From contig NC_092671.1 in NCBI RefSeq assembly GCF_964355755.1, positions 20,522,001-20,586,000 on the forward strand: a stretch of DNA of 64,000 nt, given 5' to 3'. The first letter of the stretch is position 1, and every line of letters starts with the position of its first letter. This document shows positions 40,844 through 54,539 of the stretch, piece by piece. The stretch comes from Antedon mediterranea. Its lineage: Eukaryota > Animalia > Echinodermata. The position numbers and the translations under genes are program-made. Under the pieces are notes generated by a model. That model saw nothing but the letters and a program-made list of their open reading frames with translations, was not told where the DNA came from and searched no databases.

Positions 40844-43592
40844 ATGTTATAGGATCTATAGTAAATGAAGATCAAAAAGGATATGTAAAAAAGAGGTTTG
40901 GGGGAGAAAATGTAAGACTAGTAAATGACATACTAGACTTTACAAGCTTAAACAATATGCCAGGTGCAATTGTATTTCTAGATTTTGCAAAAGCCTTTGA
41001 CTCATTAGATAGAGTACTATTATTTAAGACTTTAAGTCATTTCGGTTTTGGTAATTCTTTTATCAAATGGATAAATGTAATTTATAAAGAAACAAATTGT
41101 GTTATAGTAAATAACGGATGGCTCTCAGAAAGCTTTAATATGGAGTGCGGCGTGAGGCAAGGCTGCCCATTATCAGCGCTACTATTTATTTTGGTGACAG
41201 AATTAATGGCCACAAATATAAGAAAAAATCCTAAATGTAAAGGAATTACATTACCAAACAGCAATAACGAAAATGACAACATTGTAAAGATTGCTCAACT
41301 TGCAGACGATACCGTTATTTTTACGCAAGATGAAAGTAGTCTAAAATATTTTTTCGATGAAATTGATCTATTCTGTAGAGTGTCAGGATTAAAACTAAAT
41401 AAAAATAAGACAAATGGTATGTGGATTGGTTCAAACAAAAATAATATGTCAAAACCATTCAATATTGTATGGTCCAGTGAACCAGTACAATTTCTAGGAA
41501 TACATGTAGGTTATGATAAACAACTATGTGAATACAGAAATTGGGAGAAAAAAAATCACCAACTTAGAAAATGTATTAAATTTATGGAAAAGACGTAACC
41601 TAAGTTTTTTTGGTAAAATTACTATTATAAAAACACTAGCAATATCAAGGTTTATCTATACTGCTAGTATTATTGAGGTGCCTAAGGAAATAATTACAAA
41701 AATAGAAAAACTGTTATATGACTTCCTTTGGGGTAATAAAAAAGAAAAAAATAAAACGAACAACATTAATTAGAAATGTGGAAGAAGGTGGTTTGAATAT
41801 GCCAGATCTCACTTCGTTGATAGAATCTCTCAAACTAACCTGGGTTAAGAGACTATTAAGCCCAGATCCAGGTAAATGGAAATGCATTCCAAAGTTTTAC
41901 CTTCAACCTATTGAATATACAGTTAACATAACGCAGTTGAATTTAGAAGAGCATGCTAACCTGGGCAGTATGCCTTTATTTTATAGAAATATGATGAAGT
42001 CTGTTGTAAAATTAAACAATATCATACATGTAAAACCAAAAACTACCATGGAAATAAAGAGCCAACAATTATGGGAAAACAGACATATCGTATTGAACAA
42101 TAAATCTATGTATTTTAAAGTATGGTTATCTTCTGGGTTTAAAACAATCGGAGATATTTACATGAATGATAGAGTACTTTCACCTTGTGAAATATTTCCT
42201 AAACTGTATAAACGGCATAACGCCTTAATTGAATATATGCAATTGTTAAAAGCCATACCAAAAGAGTGGAAAGAAATTATTGAAAAAGGTAATACAAAAA
42301 AGGAAGACAATAGTATTCCTAGTCTACGACTTTATATGAAAAATAAAGGAACCGTCTTCTATAATCATTTTATTAATAGATGTTCAAAAATACCAAATTC
42401 ACAAACAAAATGGGAAATAGAACTAGGTAAGGTAGACATTGATTGGAGTAACGTTTGGTACTATAAAGTTTATAGACTAAAACATATACCCAAAGTTGCT
42501 CAATTTAATTTTAAACTTCTGCATAGAATACTACCATGTAAAAAACGATTGAAAATCTGGAACTTAGTAGGTAATGATTTATGTGATAAATGTATAAACA
42601 AGGTTGAAACTGAAAAACAAATGTTATATAAATGCAGTGTAATTCAATGGATATGGCTTAAATTTAAAAATGTCATAGCTAAGAGCTTTTCAAACGAAGA
42701 CCCAATAACTTGGACTACAATGATTACTGGATCAAATAACATAATTGTAAATGAATTGATTTCATTATTTGTATTCTCTATATATAAGTTGCATATATTA
42801 ACAAAACCTGAAAAAAAAGGAAACAACTATGAAAAAAAGATCTGGAATCTTTTTATTACTGAAGTAAAGCATTTAATTGAAAATGAGTATAAGTGCTACT
42901 ACTTTAAAGCTCAATGTAAATGGGGAGATATAAAGCAAAATCTCCTTAAATTAATGAAATAAAAAAAATGCTATTTTTATCTCTTAAATACATTGTATAT
43001 AGGCCTAGTAACTATATTAGTTTTAAGATATGTCATCCGGGTATGAAGCGACTCACATACACACAGAGCCAAAATATTACCTTGGACTTGCACTGTGTAT
43101 GGACTCTAACCTTACGGTTTTCATTATATATATCATTCCATCCTATCCATTCTAAACACCCTTTTTTTCAAGCTTTTGCATTCTTCGTTTTCATCTCATC
43201 CATTTTTTTCTTGGTGAAAAGGGAAGATTCTTGATATTCTTCCCCTGAGTTTATAGCCTCTCTACCCAGACAATGGACACAAACAGAATAAAACAACAAT
43301 AATAACTTTTTCAAAGTACGTTTTTTTTTTAAATCAATTTTTATCGTCAGTTTACTACCATCGACATATTTTAATTAATTGTATTTTTAAAAATGTATAT
43401 GAATGTAAATGTGGTTACTTCTTAACATCAAAATAATCTTAGCCTTATGTATATACTGTTCAAAAGATATGTATTTTTTAACAATGTACCTTATAAATAA
43501 GAGAATTATATAAATGTGCATATTATATACATATATTATTTATATTTATAGAACTATAATAAAAGTGGGACGAACCCACACAAGACAAAAAA
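40844..43592 (+). mobile_element. 5'-truncated L1/Tx1-clade LINE with TSD
   Basis: TSD AAATTGAGTCCGTTT at 40829-40843 and 43593-43607, short A tail; LDFAKAFD, GVRQGCPLS, QLADD, EEGGL, CDKC..ET zinc-finger-like region. Confidence 0.92.
40957..42962 (+). pseudogene. L1/Tx1 ORF2 (RT and C-terminus) split by two frameshifts
   Basis: Three overlapping ORFs joined at A-runs near 41550 and 41745. Confidence 0.9.
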
Positions 43593-43817
43593 AAATTGAG
43601 TCCGTTTCATATCAAAGTTATTCACTTCTGTAACAAAATTCACATTATAAAAAGAGAAAAGAGCCGGTATCACAATACGATCAAAGATCCCTCTGCGTAT
43701 ATAATGTCATAAACCACATTTGTTACATAATAATAATGATATAAGTTACTTTTTATTTAGATTTCATTATAAATCATGTGTATGACATACACTAAGAAAT
43801 AAAAAAAAAAAAAACAA

Positions 43818-46651
43818 CTCAGCGGGCAAACCGACGTTGAATCGACATCGAAATTAGGTCGAGACGTCGAACAACCCGATATCAACGTCGGATCAACGTC
43901 GATCTACCCCTGTCAATAAAACGTCATCATTTTAACGTTGTATCAACCGTTGAAATCAGGTTGAAGTCCGACAATGCTAGGTCGATTAACCTTCGTCGAT
44001 ACAACCTTACTATTTGACGTTGTATCAACGTTGAAATTTGGTTAAAGTCCGACAATGCAAGGGCGATTTACCTACGTCGATACAACGTTACTATTTTACG
44101 TTGTATCAACGTTGAAATCATGTTGAAGTCCGACAGTGCAAAGGTCGATTTACCTTCGTCGATACAACGTCACTATTTGGCATTGTATCAACGTTGAAAT
44201 CAGGTTGAAGTCTGACAATGCAAGGTCAATGTCCGACTATTCAAGGTTGATCTACCGCCGTCGATACAATGTAGCAATCTGACGTCGATACAACGTTGTA
44301 ATAAGGGCGATATCTGATTATTTAATGTTGATCTACCCCCGTTGATACAACATCAATATTTAACGTTGATACAACGTTGTAGTTAGGGCGATATCGGACT
44401 ATTCAATGTTGATCTATCCCCGTCGATACATCGTCACTATTGAACGTTGATTCAACGTTGTAGTTAGGGCGATGTCCGACTATTCAATGTTGATCTACCC
44501 CCGTGGATACAACTCCAATATTTAACGTTAATACAACTTTGTAATTATGGCGATGTTCGACTTTTCAAGGTTCATACAACGTCAATATTTAACATTAATA
44601 CAACGTTGAAATATGGTTGAAGTCTGACCATTTAAGGTCGATCTACCTTTGTTGATTCAACGTCACTATAAACGTAGTATCAACGTTGAAATCAGGTTAA
44701 GCCTGACCATCTGAAGTCGATCTATCTTCGTCGATACTACGTCACTATTTAACGTTGATACAACGTTGAAATCAGGTTGAAGCCTGACAATTTGAGGTCA
44801 ATCTACCATCGTCGAAACAACGTCACTATATTAATGTTGATACAACGTTGAAATCAGGTTGAAGTCTGACAATTTAAGGTCGGTCTGCCATCGTCGAAAC
44901 GTCATTATATTAACGTTGATGTTGGAATTAGGTTGAAATCTGATATGTTAAGGTCGATCTATCATCGTCGATACAACGTCCTTATATTAACGTTGATACA
45001 ACGTTAAACTCCGGTTGAAAGCTGCCATTTTAATGTCAATCTACCATCGTCGATACGACGTCACTATTTAACGTTGATACGACGACGAAATCAGGTTGAA
45101 AGTTTGAAGTTTGAAAATTTAGTGTCGGTCTACCACTGTTGATACGACGTCACTATATAACGTTGTTGAAATCAGGTTGAATACTGACAATAAGTTCGAT
45201 CTACCATCGTAAAAACAACGTCACCAATTTAACGTTGATACAACGTTGAAAGTCTGACAATTTAGTATCGATCTACCGTCATCGAAACAACGTCACTATA
45301 TTAACGTTGATACAACGTTAAAATCAGGTTGAAAGCTGCCCTTTTAATGTTAATCTACCATCATCGAAACAACGTCACGATATTAACGTTGATGCAACGT
45401 TCGAATCAGGTTGAAGTCTGATCATTTAATGTCGATCTACCATCATCACTATTTAACGTTTATACAACGTTGAAATCAGGTTGAAGTTTGACAATTTAAG
45501 GTCGGTCTGCCATCGTCGAAACAACGTCACTATAAACGTTGATAACGTTGGAATTAGGTTGAAATATGACAATATTAAAGGTCGGTTTACCTGTCGGTGA
45601 TACAACGTCACTATTTAACGTTGATACAACGACAGAATCCGTGGTCCGTTTTGCGTTATAATGTGTAAACGCTTTCATTAAAAATAGGTGCATGTCTACA
45701 TCATCTGCAAGTTGTTAATCCAACGTCAGCTGAACGTCAAACATAATTATTATAATTTGCTGATAGTTACACATTCGGTTCGATTCCATACGTCGTCCCA
45801 ACGCTTGGACATCGACTCAAATAGAAGCATCGTGTAGTTGGTGATTGAGTTACATGAATTTGTAATTAAGGACTCTTAAAACCAGGGAACCAGAAAACAG
45901 AGAGCCCTCCTCCGATAAAAACTATTAATTATATTGTTTTAGCCACTACGAGTGACATTAATTACCCCAATGGGAGAACCTAGGTCACATTCCATTCACT
46001 AAACTGTACTTCGCTTCGCCCAATGACGGAACGGAAGTCTCCATTTGAATTTTGAATTGGTAACTGCTATCATCTTGCTCTTCAGTTAATGTTGCTTGTT
46101 ATTATTTTGCTGGTAAGATTTTGTATTTTTAAACTTTAGGTTAGTTTAAAATGTTTTCGTTGATTACAAATCGTACAATTGGTATATATCCAATTATATC
46201 ACCGTTTTGCCATTGAGTGAACCGGTGTAAATTACTGTAGTAATAATACAGTACTGTATATTTATATTAATAATACCTCTGAGTGTATAACCACTTCTTT
46301 ATAGTTATGATGTTTAAATACGTTACTTAAAATATAGCTATTGGTGTATCAATTATCTTGGCAGTGAAGTTAAATAGGCCTAGTTTTCTTTTCACACTAG
46401 TAGGCCTAGGCCTACTACAGTATTTTATTATTGGTAATTTTGTAGCCTGGATAGTAAAACAAATCTAAACATATAGCCTAGGCCTATTATATATGATGAA
46501 GGGCTAGTGTTGCCCGAAAGCTCTGCTAACTTTTCTGGCTGTTTACTTTATCGTTTTGATTTAGCTTTTGGCTTTTTATTTTTGTATCTCCATTGAGATC
46601 CAGCCACTGATACCCACAGCATTGTCATTTTTTTCAGTAATTTGCCTTTGG

Positions 46652-46687
<36 letters not shown>

Positions 46688-47640
46688 TATAATAATAACA
46701 ACTTTATTTAAAAACGAATGCAACACTTGAATCACCATATTTTGGTGTTTTTCACAAAGGCCGTTTATACTTACTACAAAACTATTTACACAAGTTATCA
46801 TTTACAGTACATATGAATATGATTAAAAAACTATAAAAAAATAAATGATTTTTATGTCATTATTTATTTTGTTTGAAGGATTATGTAATTTAATACCTAG
46901 GCCTAGGTAAAGTATCAGTATTAAATCGTTAAGTCGTTTACAACTGACACTGAATTCTAAAAAATGTTGGAGAATCCTATGAACTGTTGGTTTAGGCCCT
47001 TAGTTATTTATATGATTTATATTGTAGTTATGCTGTATTACTATTAGTTATTACAATTTTTCATTTATATTTGCTGCAATTTGTTTATGAAATAAAGCGA
47101 TATTACTTTTGGTTTTTCAACCAAAAAAATTGAAAATTTTTTATTATGTATTTAATGGTTTAAATTTGACGTCGATACAACGTTGAAATCGTGACGTTTA
47201 ACACAACGTTAATCCAACTTGTAATGACGTCGTTGCTCGACGTCGATTCACCTTTCAAATCCAAGTACATTTCAACATTGTATCGACGTCGTGACTGGAC
47301 GTCGAAGTAACGTTTATATTTGACGTTGAAACAACGTCAAACAGATGACTAAAATCCAACATTTTATCGACGTCGTGACTGGACGTCTTTTTAACGTTGA
47401 TATCTGACGTTGAAAACTGACGTCGATTGAACTTTCAAATCCAACTACAAAACAACGTTGTATCGACATTGCGACTGGACGTCGATGTAACGTTTATATC
47501 TGACGCTGATATAACGTCGATTCACCTTTCAAATCCAACTACAATCCAACGTATCATCGACGTCGTGACTGGACGTCAAATTAACGTTGATATCCGACGT
47601 TGATACAACGTTGGCATAATGACGTGTTTTGCCCGCTGGG
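43818..47640. mobile_element. CMC-EnSpm-like non-autonomous transposon, copy 2
   Basis: CTCAGCGGGCAAA...TTTGCCCGCTGGG with AA flanks; arrays at about 43830-45630 and 47165-47625. Confidence 0.85.
46494..46655 (+). mobile_element. 162-bp hammerhead-motif element (copy 2), inserted in EnSpm-like copy 2
   Basis: Same boundaries as copy 1; absent from the paralogous position near 26350. Confidence 0.75.
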
Positions 47641-48314
47641 AATACGGATAATAAAAAGCTCATGGCAATTTTTTAAACGCTTAAAATTGCCTGAAACGTA
47701 CTCTAATTTCATAGAAAATAAATTGTAACAATTTTGAAAATTTTAAGCGCACGTACGCATGCGTTATATGCGATACGCACGTAATTGTATTGCCATATGA
47801 TGAAATATGACCTGAAATTTAAGAGTACCAAAAATAGTGCTAAGGAAAGAATAAATAAATAAATAAATAAATATCCTGACAGAATCAAGAGGTTATGAAT
47901 GGTAATGCAAAACCTAAATATTGTTAAAAAATGATAAAATGTAAAAAAAAATGTATTGTATTAAAAAACTGTGTGGGTATTGTTTCTTTTCATTAAATAT
48001 TATTTTTGGTGAGTATACATTTTTTTTTCCAGTAATTATAATTTTAGTAATTATAATCATACTATTTTAATTGATTTTCGAAACGCCACAAAATAAGAAT
48101 TAAGCCCATGCTTATTATGTGTTCTAAATATATAAAAACAATTGTTGAAGTGAGTTTGAAAATAAATTCGAAAATATAACCGTTTTTCGAAGCACGCTGT
48201 TCTAAACGAGACAGGCGTGTTGAATGAGTCTAGGTCTAACATACAATGTAAAATCGTCTAAAATCCAAATTTATTTGTAACAAGGACTATTTTAAAGCTT
48301 GTATACAATAATAG

Positions 48315-49589
48315 TAGGTATCCCAAATGAAAGTGCACAGAGGGGTATCACTTTTGAAATATTAACAAAATTTGAATAAGTAGTATGAATTTGATGTTAA
48401 ATAAAAAATGTATATTGTTTGAAAGTACTTTTTACGTTTTAATCTATGTATAAGTGTATTCACAATTAAAATTATTGAAGTAGTTGCCAAGAAAATGTCA
48501 AGATGTGTGATAGCAGCGATGTCGGAGATTGATATGTCCTTTTCCATTGTAGAATATCTGTTTTTAGACATTAAGTATACAATGCAAATGCTAATTTACC
48601 AACGTTACATTTGACTCTGTATACGGCGGTTGAAAGTCATTAACTGCGACAGAAATACTTTGACGGGAGCTACTTTTGATCGGGAGTAAGCAGTTACTTG
48701 GCCTAAACGTTATCTCCGTATTTCAATTTAATAACGTACTTACGGTTAGAAATACGAAAAGAAAAACTATTCAGGTAAAAAATTAATTGTTTTAATTAAC
48801 ACTGATTATTTAAATGAGTTTATTTTGACCATTGTGTGTTTGTCTTAGAGCATATCTTAGCCCGTCTTAGATTTGGTGTAATAATCATACGGGCCTAAAA
48901 TCTTGTTTTACGATATTCAAAAGTTATAATAGTATTTATGATTGAAATTATGAATATAAAGTAAAATAATATAATAATCATATTTTACCAAAAATTAGTG
49001 TAAAGGAAAGGAAACTATACACAGTTTTTGCTTTTTCATTTTTGTTTTGATAATTTTAAATTTCACCATTAAAAAAATATTTTTGGTTCATATTACACAT
49101 ATCTCTGAATTTCAAATATATTTATTAATGAAATATACACTATATTCTAGCAAGTACAAACAAATTAAATGAATTAGTACAGTACGGTAGTTCAAAAGTT
49201 ACAGATCATTGAAAAATTGCATTTTTTTCATTTTTTAGGGAAATCCATCCAGCAAAAATTGGCGCAAAATACTTTCCGACCAACTTTATGGACCAATAAT
49301 TTTAAAAATAGGTTTCGTTGAGGCTCCAAAAAAATAGAGTTCTACAACTCTGTGATATCTATAGGTTTCAAAACTTTTAACTCATTATTGTAAAAGTTAT
49401 AACCTTTTAAAAATGCTTCCAATTTTAACTGCCTAAAAAATTTAAAGCAAAAATCGTATACTTTTTTACCACTTTAAATAACCATAAGGTAATCGGATTT
49501 CAATCATTTAAATTGAAAAATGTTAAGTTCTATGGTTAACTTAAAAAAGTAAAAAAATTAATCTTTTAATTTTTTCATTGGGATACCTA
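48315..49589. mobile_element. Old non-autonomous TIR element
   Basis: TAGGTATCCCAAATGAAA / TTTCATTGGGATACCTA; similar terminus near 40247. Confidence 0.55.
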
Positions 49590-51209
49590 ATAATAGATAA
49601 AGATTATTTATCAGTTTCAGTGTCTAAATCATCATATTTCCATGTAAAAATTAGATTTTTCTACCGGAGAAAAGTCGTGACCATGTCCCCTCGGGGGCTG
49701 CGCCTATTTACCTTTGATGTAGCATGAACCCTGACATGTTGGATGCATTATGGGAATGAAATAGTTTTTCAAACTCTGCTCAAAGCTTTTGACAAACATT
49801 TTGTTTGGTTTCATAAGTTTCCGACGCAATTTCCTGCAAGCTACACATCTCAGATGGTGGAATAAGGTCTTGATAAACGCTGGTGCGCGTGACAATGGCA
49901 AATTCCAAGTCGTTTTTGTGATGTTTTTTTTAACATTCCTGGTGAACAAACAACGACGACGCTCTCGGAACACCTCTCGATAGACCTAGGCACCATATGG
50001 TCATCGTCGGATGAGTCCGTCTACTAATTTATTCATAATTTCAAAACCGGTCATTCATAATGGTCAAGTTTAGTCTTATTTTGAAGAGAAGAAAAGAAGA
50101 AATAGTTTTTAATGAAGAGATATAGTTTTATTCATGAATTATTTAGCAATTTTATGCATTTGGTAGTCAAAGATAAATGACAAAATTGTAATAATTTTCC
50201 TAAAATGTTTATAAAATTTGCTTAATCCATACTCTGTCAAAATAAGTTTTAATACAAATTTGATAACATATTTGAAAAGAAAATGTCCTTAGCAATATTT
50301 TCTTTTTGAATTTTTTGAATTTCTGTCTGTAGAAAAAAAAGTTATGGTTAATTATGCGACATATATTTCCCCCCCCCCCCGCCCCCCACTCCCGGAAAGC
50401 AAAATAAATGTAGGGGTCAATGGGTTAAGTGAAGCCTTAATATTTTCTTGATTTAAGGGAAATTCTTAGGATTTAAGGGAAATATCTCACTTATAAAGTG
50501 TCATTGTGTTTTTCAGAGGTCCCTGTGAAATCTCGGAAGATTTATGATGAGCTTGTATTGTAGTACTATCCAATTCTCTGCAGGCACAAATAGAATTTTG
50601 TGTGCTGCACACCCAAATCTTGGTGTGATTTTGAACGGCAGAGAGTATATGGAATTGTACTCTTTGTCACAAAATTTCAAAGGAAGCAATGCACTGATCA
50701 AACATCTCTGAATGAGACAAAAGAATGCGTGGGGCTGGCTGAAGACACAAGTCAATTTGGTCATGCTAATTTATCATACTGGGAACTAATTTCCCATCCA
50801 ACATCATTCAATGAAATATCCTATGACATTGAAGAAGTATCTGATCTTTTTGCACAGCTTCTCCGGATACAAACATGCAGGCAGATAGTGCAATGAATGT
50901 TTTTTGGACATAAAAGACAAAAAAGAGGATATTATCAAAGCTGGGTGCAAGATATTCCAGATACTTTACTACCGTTCAAAATCACACGGTCAAGATTTGG
51001 GAGAAATAGGATTTGCAATATTAAGCAATGGTTACGAAACAGTAATCTTCTAAAATCCAATTGCACCACCAGATAACCTCTTAAGTAGTTTTTAATGCTG
51101 TACATTAATGTTTTAATGTTGAATAAAGCACAATTCATAACATTTGTGGAAATAACCATCTTGGTTACCTTAGCTGTCTCAGATTTTTCGTGAAATGTTA
51201 ATTACACTA

Positions 51210-51484
51210 TAATTGATTGAATTGTAGTTATTATTTATTCAGGTTTATACAATAACAAACATGCAGCCCGAAGGCTGAAATTGTTGATTTACAAAAATAT
51301 ATATATAAATATATGGAAACAGAAACATTTAAAAAAATACAAAAATTTATACAAAACATTAAAAAATTTGAAAAAATCAGTTAAAAAAATAAAATTATGT
51401 TATGTTAAAAAGATTCCAAAATTTATATACAAATGCATAGGCCAATATATGTAAATATTTATAACATAGCCATCTTCAGCGTGA
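51210..51484 (-). mobile_element. 3' UTR of the CR1/L2-group LINE with terminal stem-loop
   Basis: CAGCC-TTCG-GGCTG hairpin (51264-51277) followed by AATAAA. Confidence 0.75.
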
Positions 51485-54084
51485 TCAGGTACTGTTTGAA
51501 TTAAGGATTCTACTTATGGTAAGGGCAGGCGAAGTCTTAAGACGGTTAGTTCTGCAAACAGGTATATTAATTAGGGGTTTATCTACCGTGGTTGATCTAA
51601 GCTCTCTATTAATAATGCGGTAGTCGGGCAAAATAGTTCTGTACAATTCCGATTTCAAGAGCCTTTCTCCAAATTTTTGAATCAACGTCTCTCGTCTGGA
51701 TGCGAGAGTGGTCATATCAGTAAGCTCAAGAGCTGAATCATACGTAAGGAAAGCGGGACCCAGAATAATACGTAAAACTCTCTTTTGCACTCTTTCAATG
51801 GTCGATATTTGGGCCTTATTGATGCTTCCATGCCACACAGGGCAGGCGTATTCTAAGATTGGGCGAATATAACAAACATAAACGGATATCATATCATGAA
51901 CTGGTACATTGGCCCTTCTAAGGATATATAACGTATACAACCTTTTGGATGCTCTTTTTACCATGTCACTGACATTATTATCCCATTTCAAGTCATCCTG
52001 GATTATAAGTCCAAGGAGCTTCATATACGAAACAACATTAAGTGTTGTACCGCTAAGGTAATAATTAGGAGGGGGAATATTTCTTTTCAAAAAATTAACT
52101 CTCATGATATGACACTTAGAGGGTTTAGGGACCATGTGATTTGTATCACACCACTCAGTAAGGTCATCAAGACAAGATTGGAGTTTAGGAGCATTACCAT
52201 GTTTAACAGTGTCACCAAGAGTGAGATCATCAACATACTTCCACCATCTGCAGCCTTCCATAGAGATATCATTGACTAATATAAGAAACAAAATTGGCCC
52301 AAGCTTTGTACCCTGTGGAATCCCACATATGATGTTGGCATAAGGGGAAAAGGATGAACTAAGTTTAGTATTTATTTTACGATCCGTCAGAAAGCTACAG
52401 ATGGTGGGAATAATAGATGTTCTCACTCTGATGTCGACAAGCTTTCTAACAATGACCGTATGGTCAATTCGGTCGAAGGCCTTCGTAAAATCAACGGCAC
52501 AAATATCCACAAAAGAATCACCTTTTTCAATATCACTAATTACAGACTGAATCATGTCCACAAGATAATGGCTAGTAGATGAGCCTTTACGGCAACCAAA
52601 TTGTTTAATATCTAAATGTTGATGAATGTCACTAGTCACCCAATCAGTAAGGAATGACTCAAACAACTTGGCAAAGATGGGGGTAAGTGAAATTGGCCTG
52701 AGGTCTTGAAATGATGTCACATTAGGAACTTTTGGAACAGGAATGGCTGTTGCTAACTTCCATAACTCGGGAAATACACCTTCATTAAGACAACAATTAA
52801 AAATATGGGCAAGTGGAGTAGCAATTTCAAAGGCGAATTCTTTTATAAGTTTAATTGGCAAGTCATCAGGGTGACTAGACTTCTTTGACTTTAGTTTATT
52901 AATCAATCGTCTGACTTGTCCAGGAAAAATTTTTGGCGGGGGTTCAGGTGAAGGCAAATATGCCGGAAGAGCATTTACATCAACTGGGGGAAGCTGTCGG
53001 CACACAGATGCAAAGTGGTTATTGATATCATTTGCAAGATCTTGATTTGAGTGGCCAGGGAATTTTAGCATGGTTCGATTTTTTAGATTGCATAGTTTAC
53101 GTACACTGTGATGCCATGTTGCCGGATCATTATTTTTAAGGCCTCGCATTGATTTATCATAAAACATTTTCTTTGCTGAACGAATGCTTCTCTGGACAGC
53201 ATTGCGTGTTTCTCTCCATTCAGCTTTAGTACAGTTGTTATACATTCGTTGCCTTGCATCAAGTAGTCGACGAACGTTTTGAGTCATCCAAGGACGATCA
53301 GCTATTCTTTTTCTTATTTGCTTGACAGGGAAATTGTGATTATATGCACCTTTTAAGACATTGATAAAACCATTTACTTTCTCATTTATACATAAGTTAC
53401 GATCGAACATCCAGTTCCAGTTATAGTTGGTTATCCATTGTCCAAACGATCTTACTGACGACTCTCTGTATGGTCTAACTTGCATACGCATATATTTGGA
53501 TGGCGGCAACTCATGGCAAGGATGAATGATAATACTACTATGGTCACTACGCCCAAGGGGTGCACATTTTTTAGGCTTTGTATATAGTTCTGGATGGGTC
53601 ATAAAAACCTTGTCAAGTAGCGAAACGTCACGAGTTGGAAAATCAACGATTTGTACCATCCCAAGTTGTTCTGTTAGACTATCAATGTTCAAATCATTAA
53701 AGTCGCCTAGGATTATCATCGGTGAATCTGGGTTAGTTAGACGAATCTCATCAACCGTGTTGAGTATATGTTCAATGATGTCATCAGCACCTGGGGCTGA
53801 AGGAGGGTAATATACAGCTCCAATAAAGATATTATGGGTTTTATTGTTATTCACATATGATATATTTGTCCATAAACATTCAAATTGGCACAAATTATGC
53901 TCATTCACTTCGTGTTCGTTAAACTTGTCATTCACGAAAATAGCGACACCTCCTCCACGCCGATGATTACGGTTCTTAAACAAACATTTAAATTTTGGAA
54001 TGTGTGCAATACGTTCAATCTCATCATTTAACCAAGTCTCAGTAACCGTAGCAATGTCAATCTTGTATTTTAATAATGTTGCTA
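51485..54084 (-). CDS. CR1/L2-group (Crack/Daphne-like) LINE ORF2: APE endonuclease plus RT, uninterrupted, 5'-truncated
   Basis: Frame is open upstream of the listed ORF to include VTETWL; GGGVA, GDFN, SDH, LRPISLT, PQGTKLGP, YVDD, RPILEYACPVW. Confidence 0.93.
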
Positions 54085-54467
54085 ACTAAAGCCTGTTTTC
54101 CTGTCGAAGTTAAGTTGCATTGAGTTTAAAATCATTAAAGTTGAAAATAAAATAGCGATGACGATGATCAAGTCAGACCGCTAATATTTACACATTTTTA
54201 CGCAATCGTTCATAGTTTCTTGGTTCTCTCGACCGTTGCTGGGACACGCGGACTCCTCTAGGAGTTGAGACACTTTGGCGAAAAAAGCTATTGGTAAGCA
54301 ATTTTTTCCTAGATTTGTAAAATATTTGCTAACCAGCCCTTTCGATATATTTTAAAAGTTTCCATTTTATTTAGTAGGCCTTCCTGTAAATAAATTGTTT
54401 GAAATAACAAAAACTCTGAAAACTATGTTGGATTAGTTTTCTTTCAAAACAATTATTATTTTATTAC

Positions 54468-54539
54468 CTCATCATCTTCAATTTGGGCCTCATTATGTTC
54501 TTCCTTTTTCTCACGTGCTGGTTCATCTTTTTTTCTTGA
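54468..54539 (-). CDS. TRAF3IP1: TRAF3IP1 exon
   Basis: ttttcag|TCA...GAG|gtaata, 72 nt, SRKKDEPAREKKEEHNEAQIEDDE, phase 0/0. Confidence 0.8.

Noticed and set aside
43830-45630. CRISPR-like array next to a reverse transcriptase (RT plus array system)
   Set aside because: Units are degenerate full-length tandem repeats with no unique spacers. The array lies inside an EnSpm-like element whose other copy has no adjacent RT, and the RT belongs to a separate L1/Tx1 insertion bounded by its own TSD.
53526-53810. Plus-strand 94-aa ORF and other short ORFs in the track
   Set aside because: Antisense to LINE ORF2 or chance ORFs in AT-rich repeats, with no recognisable motifs.
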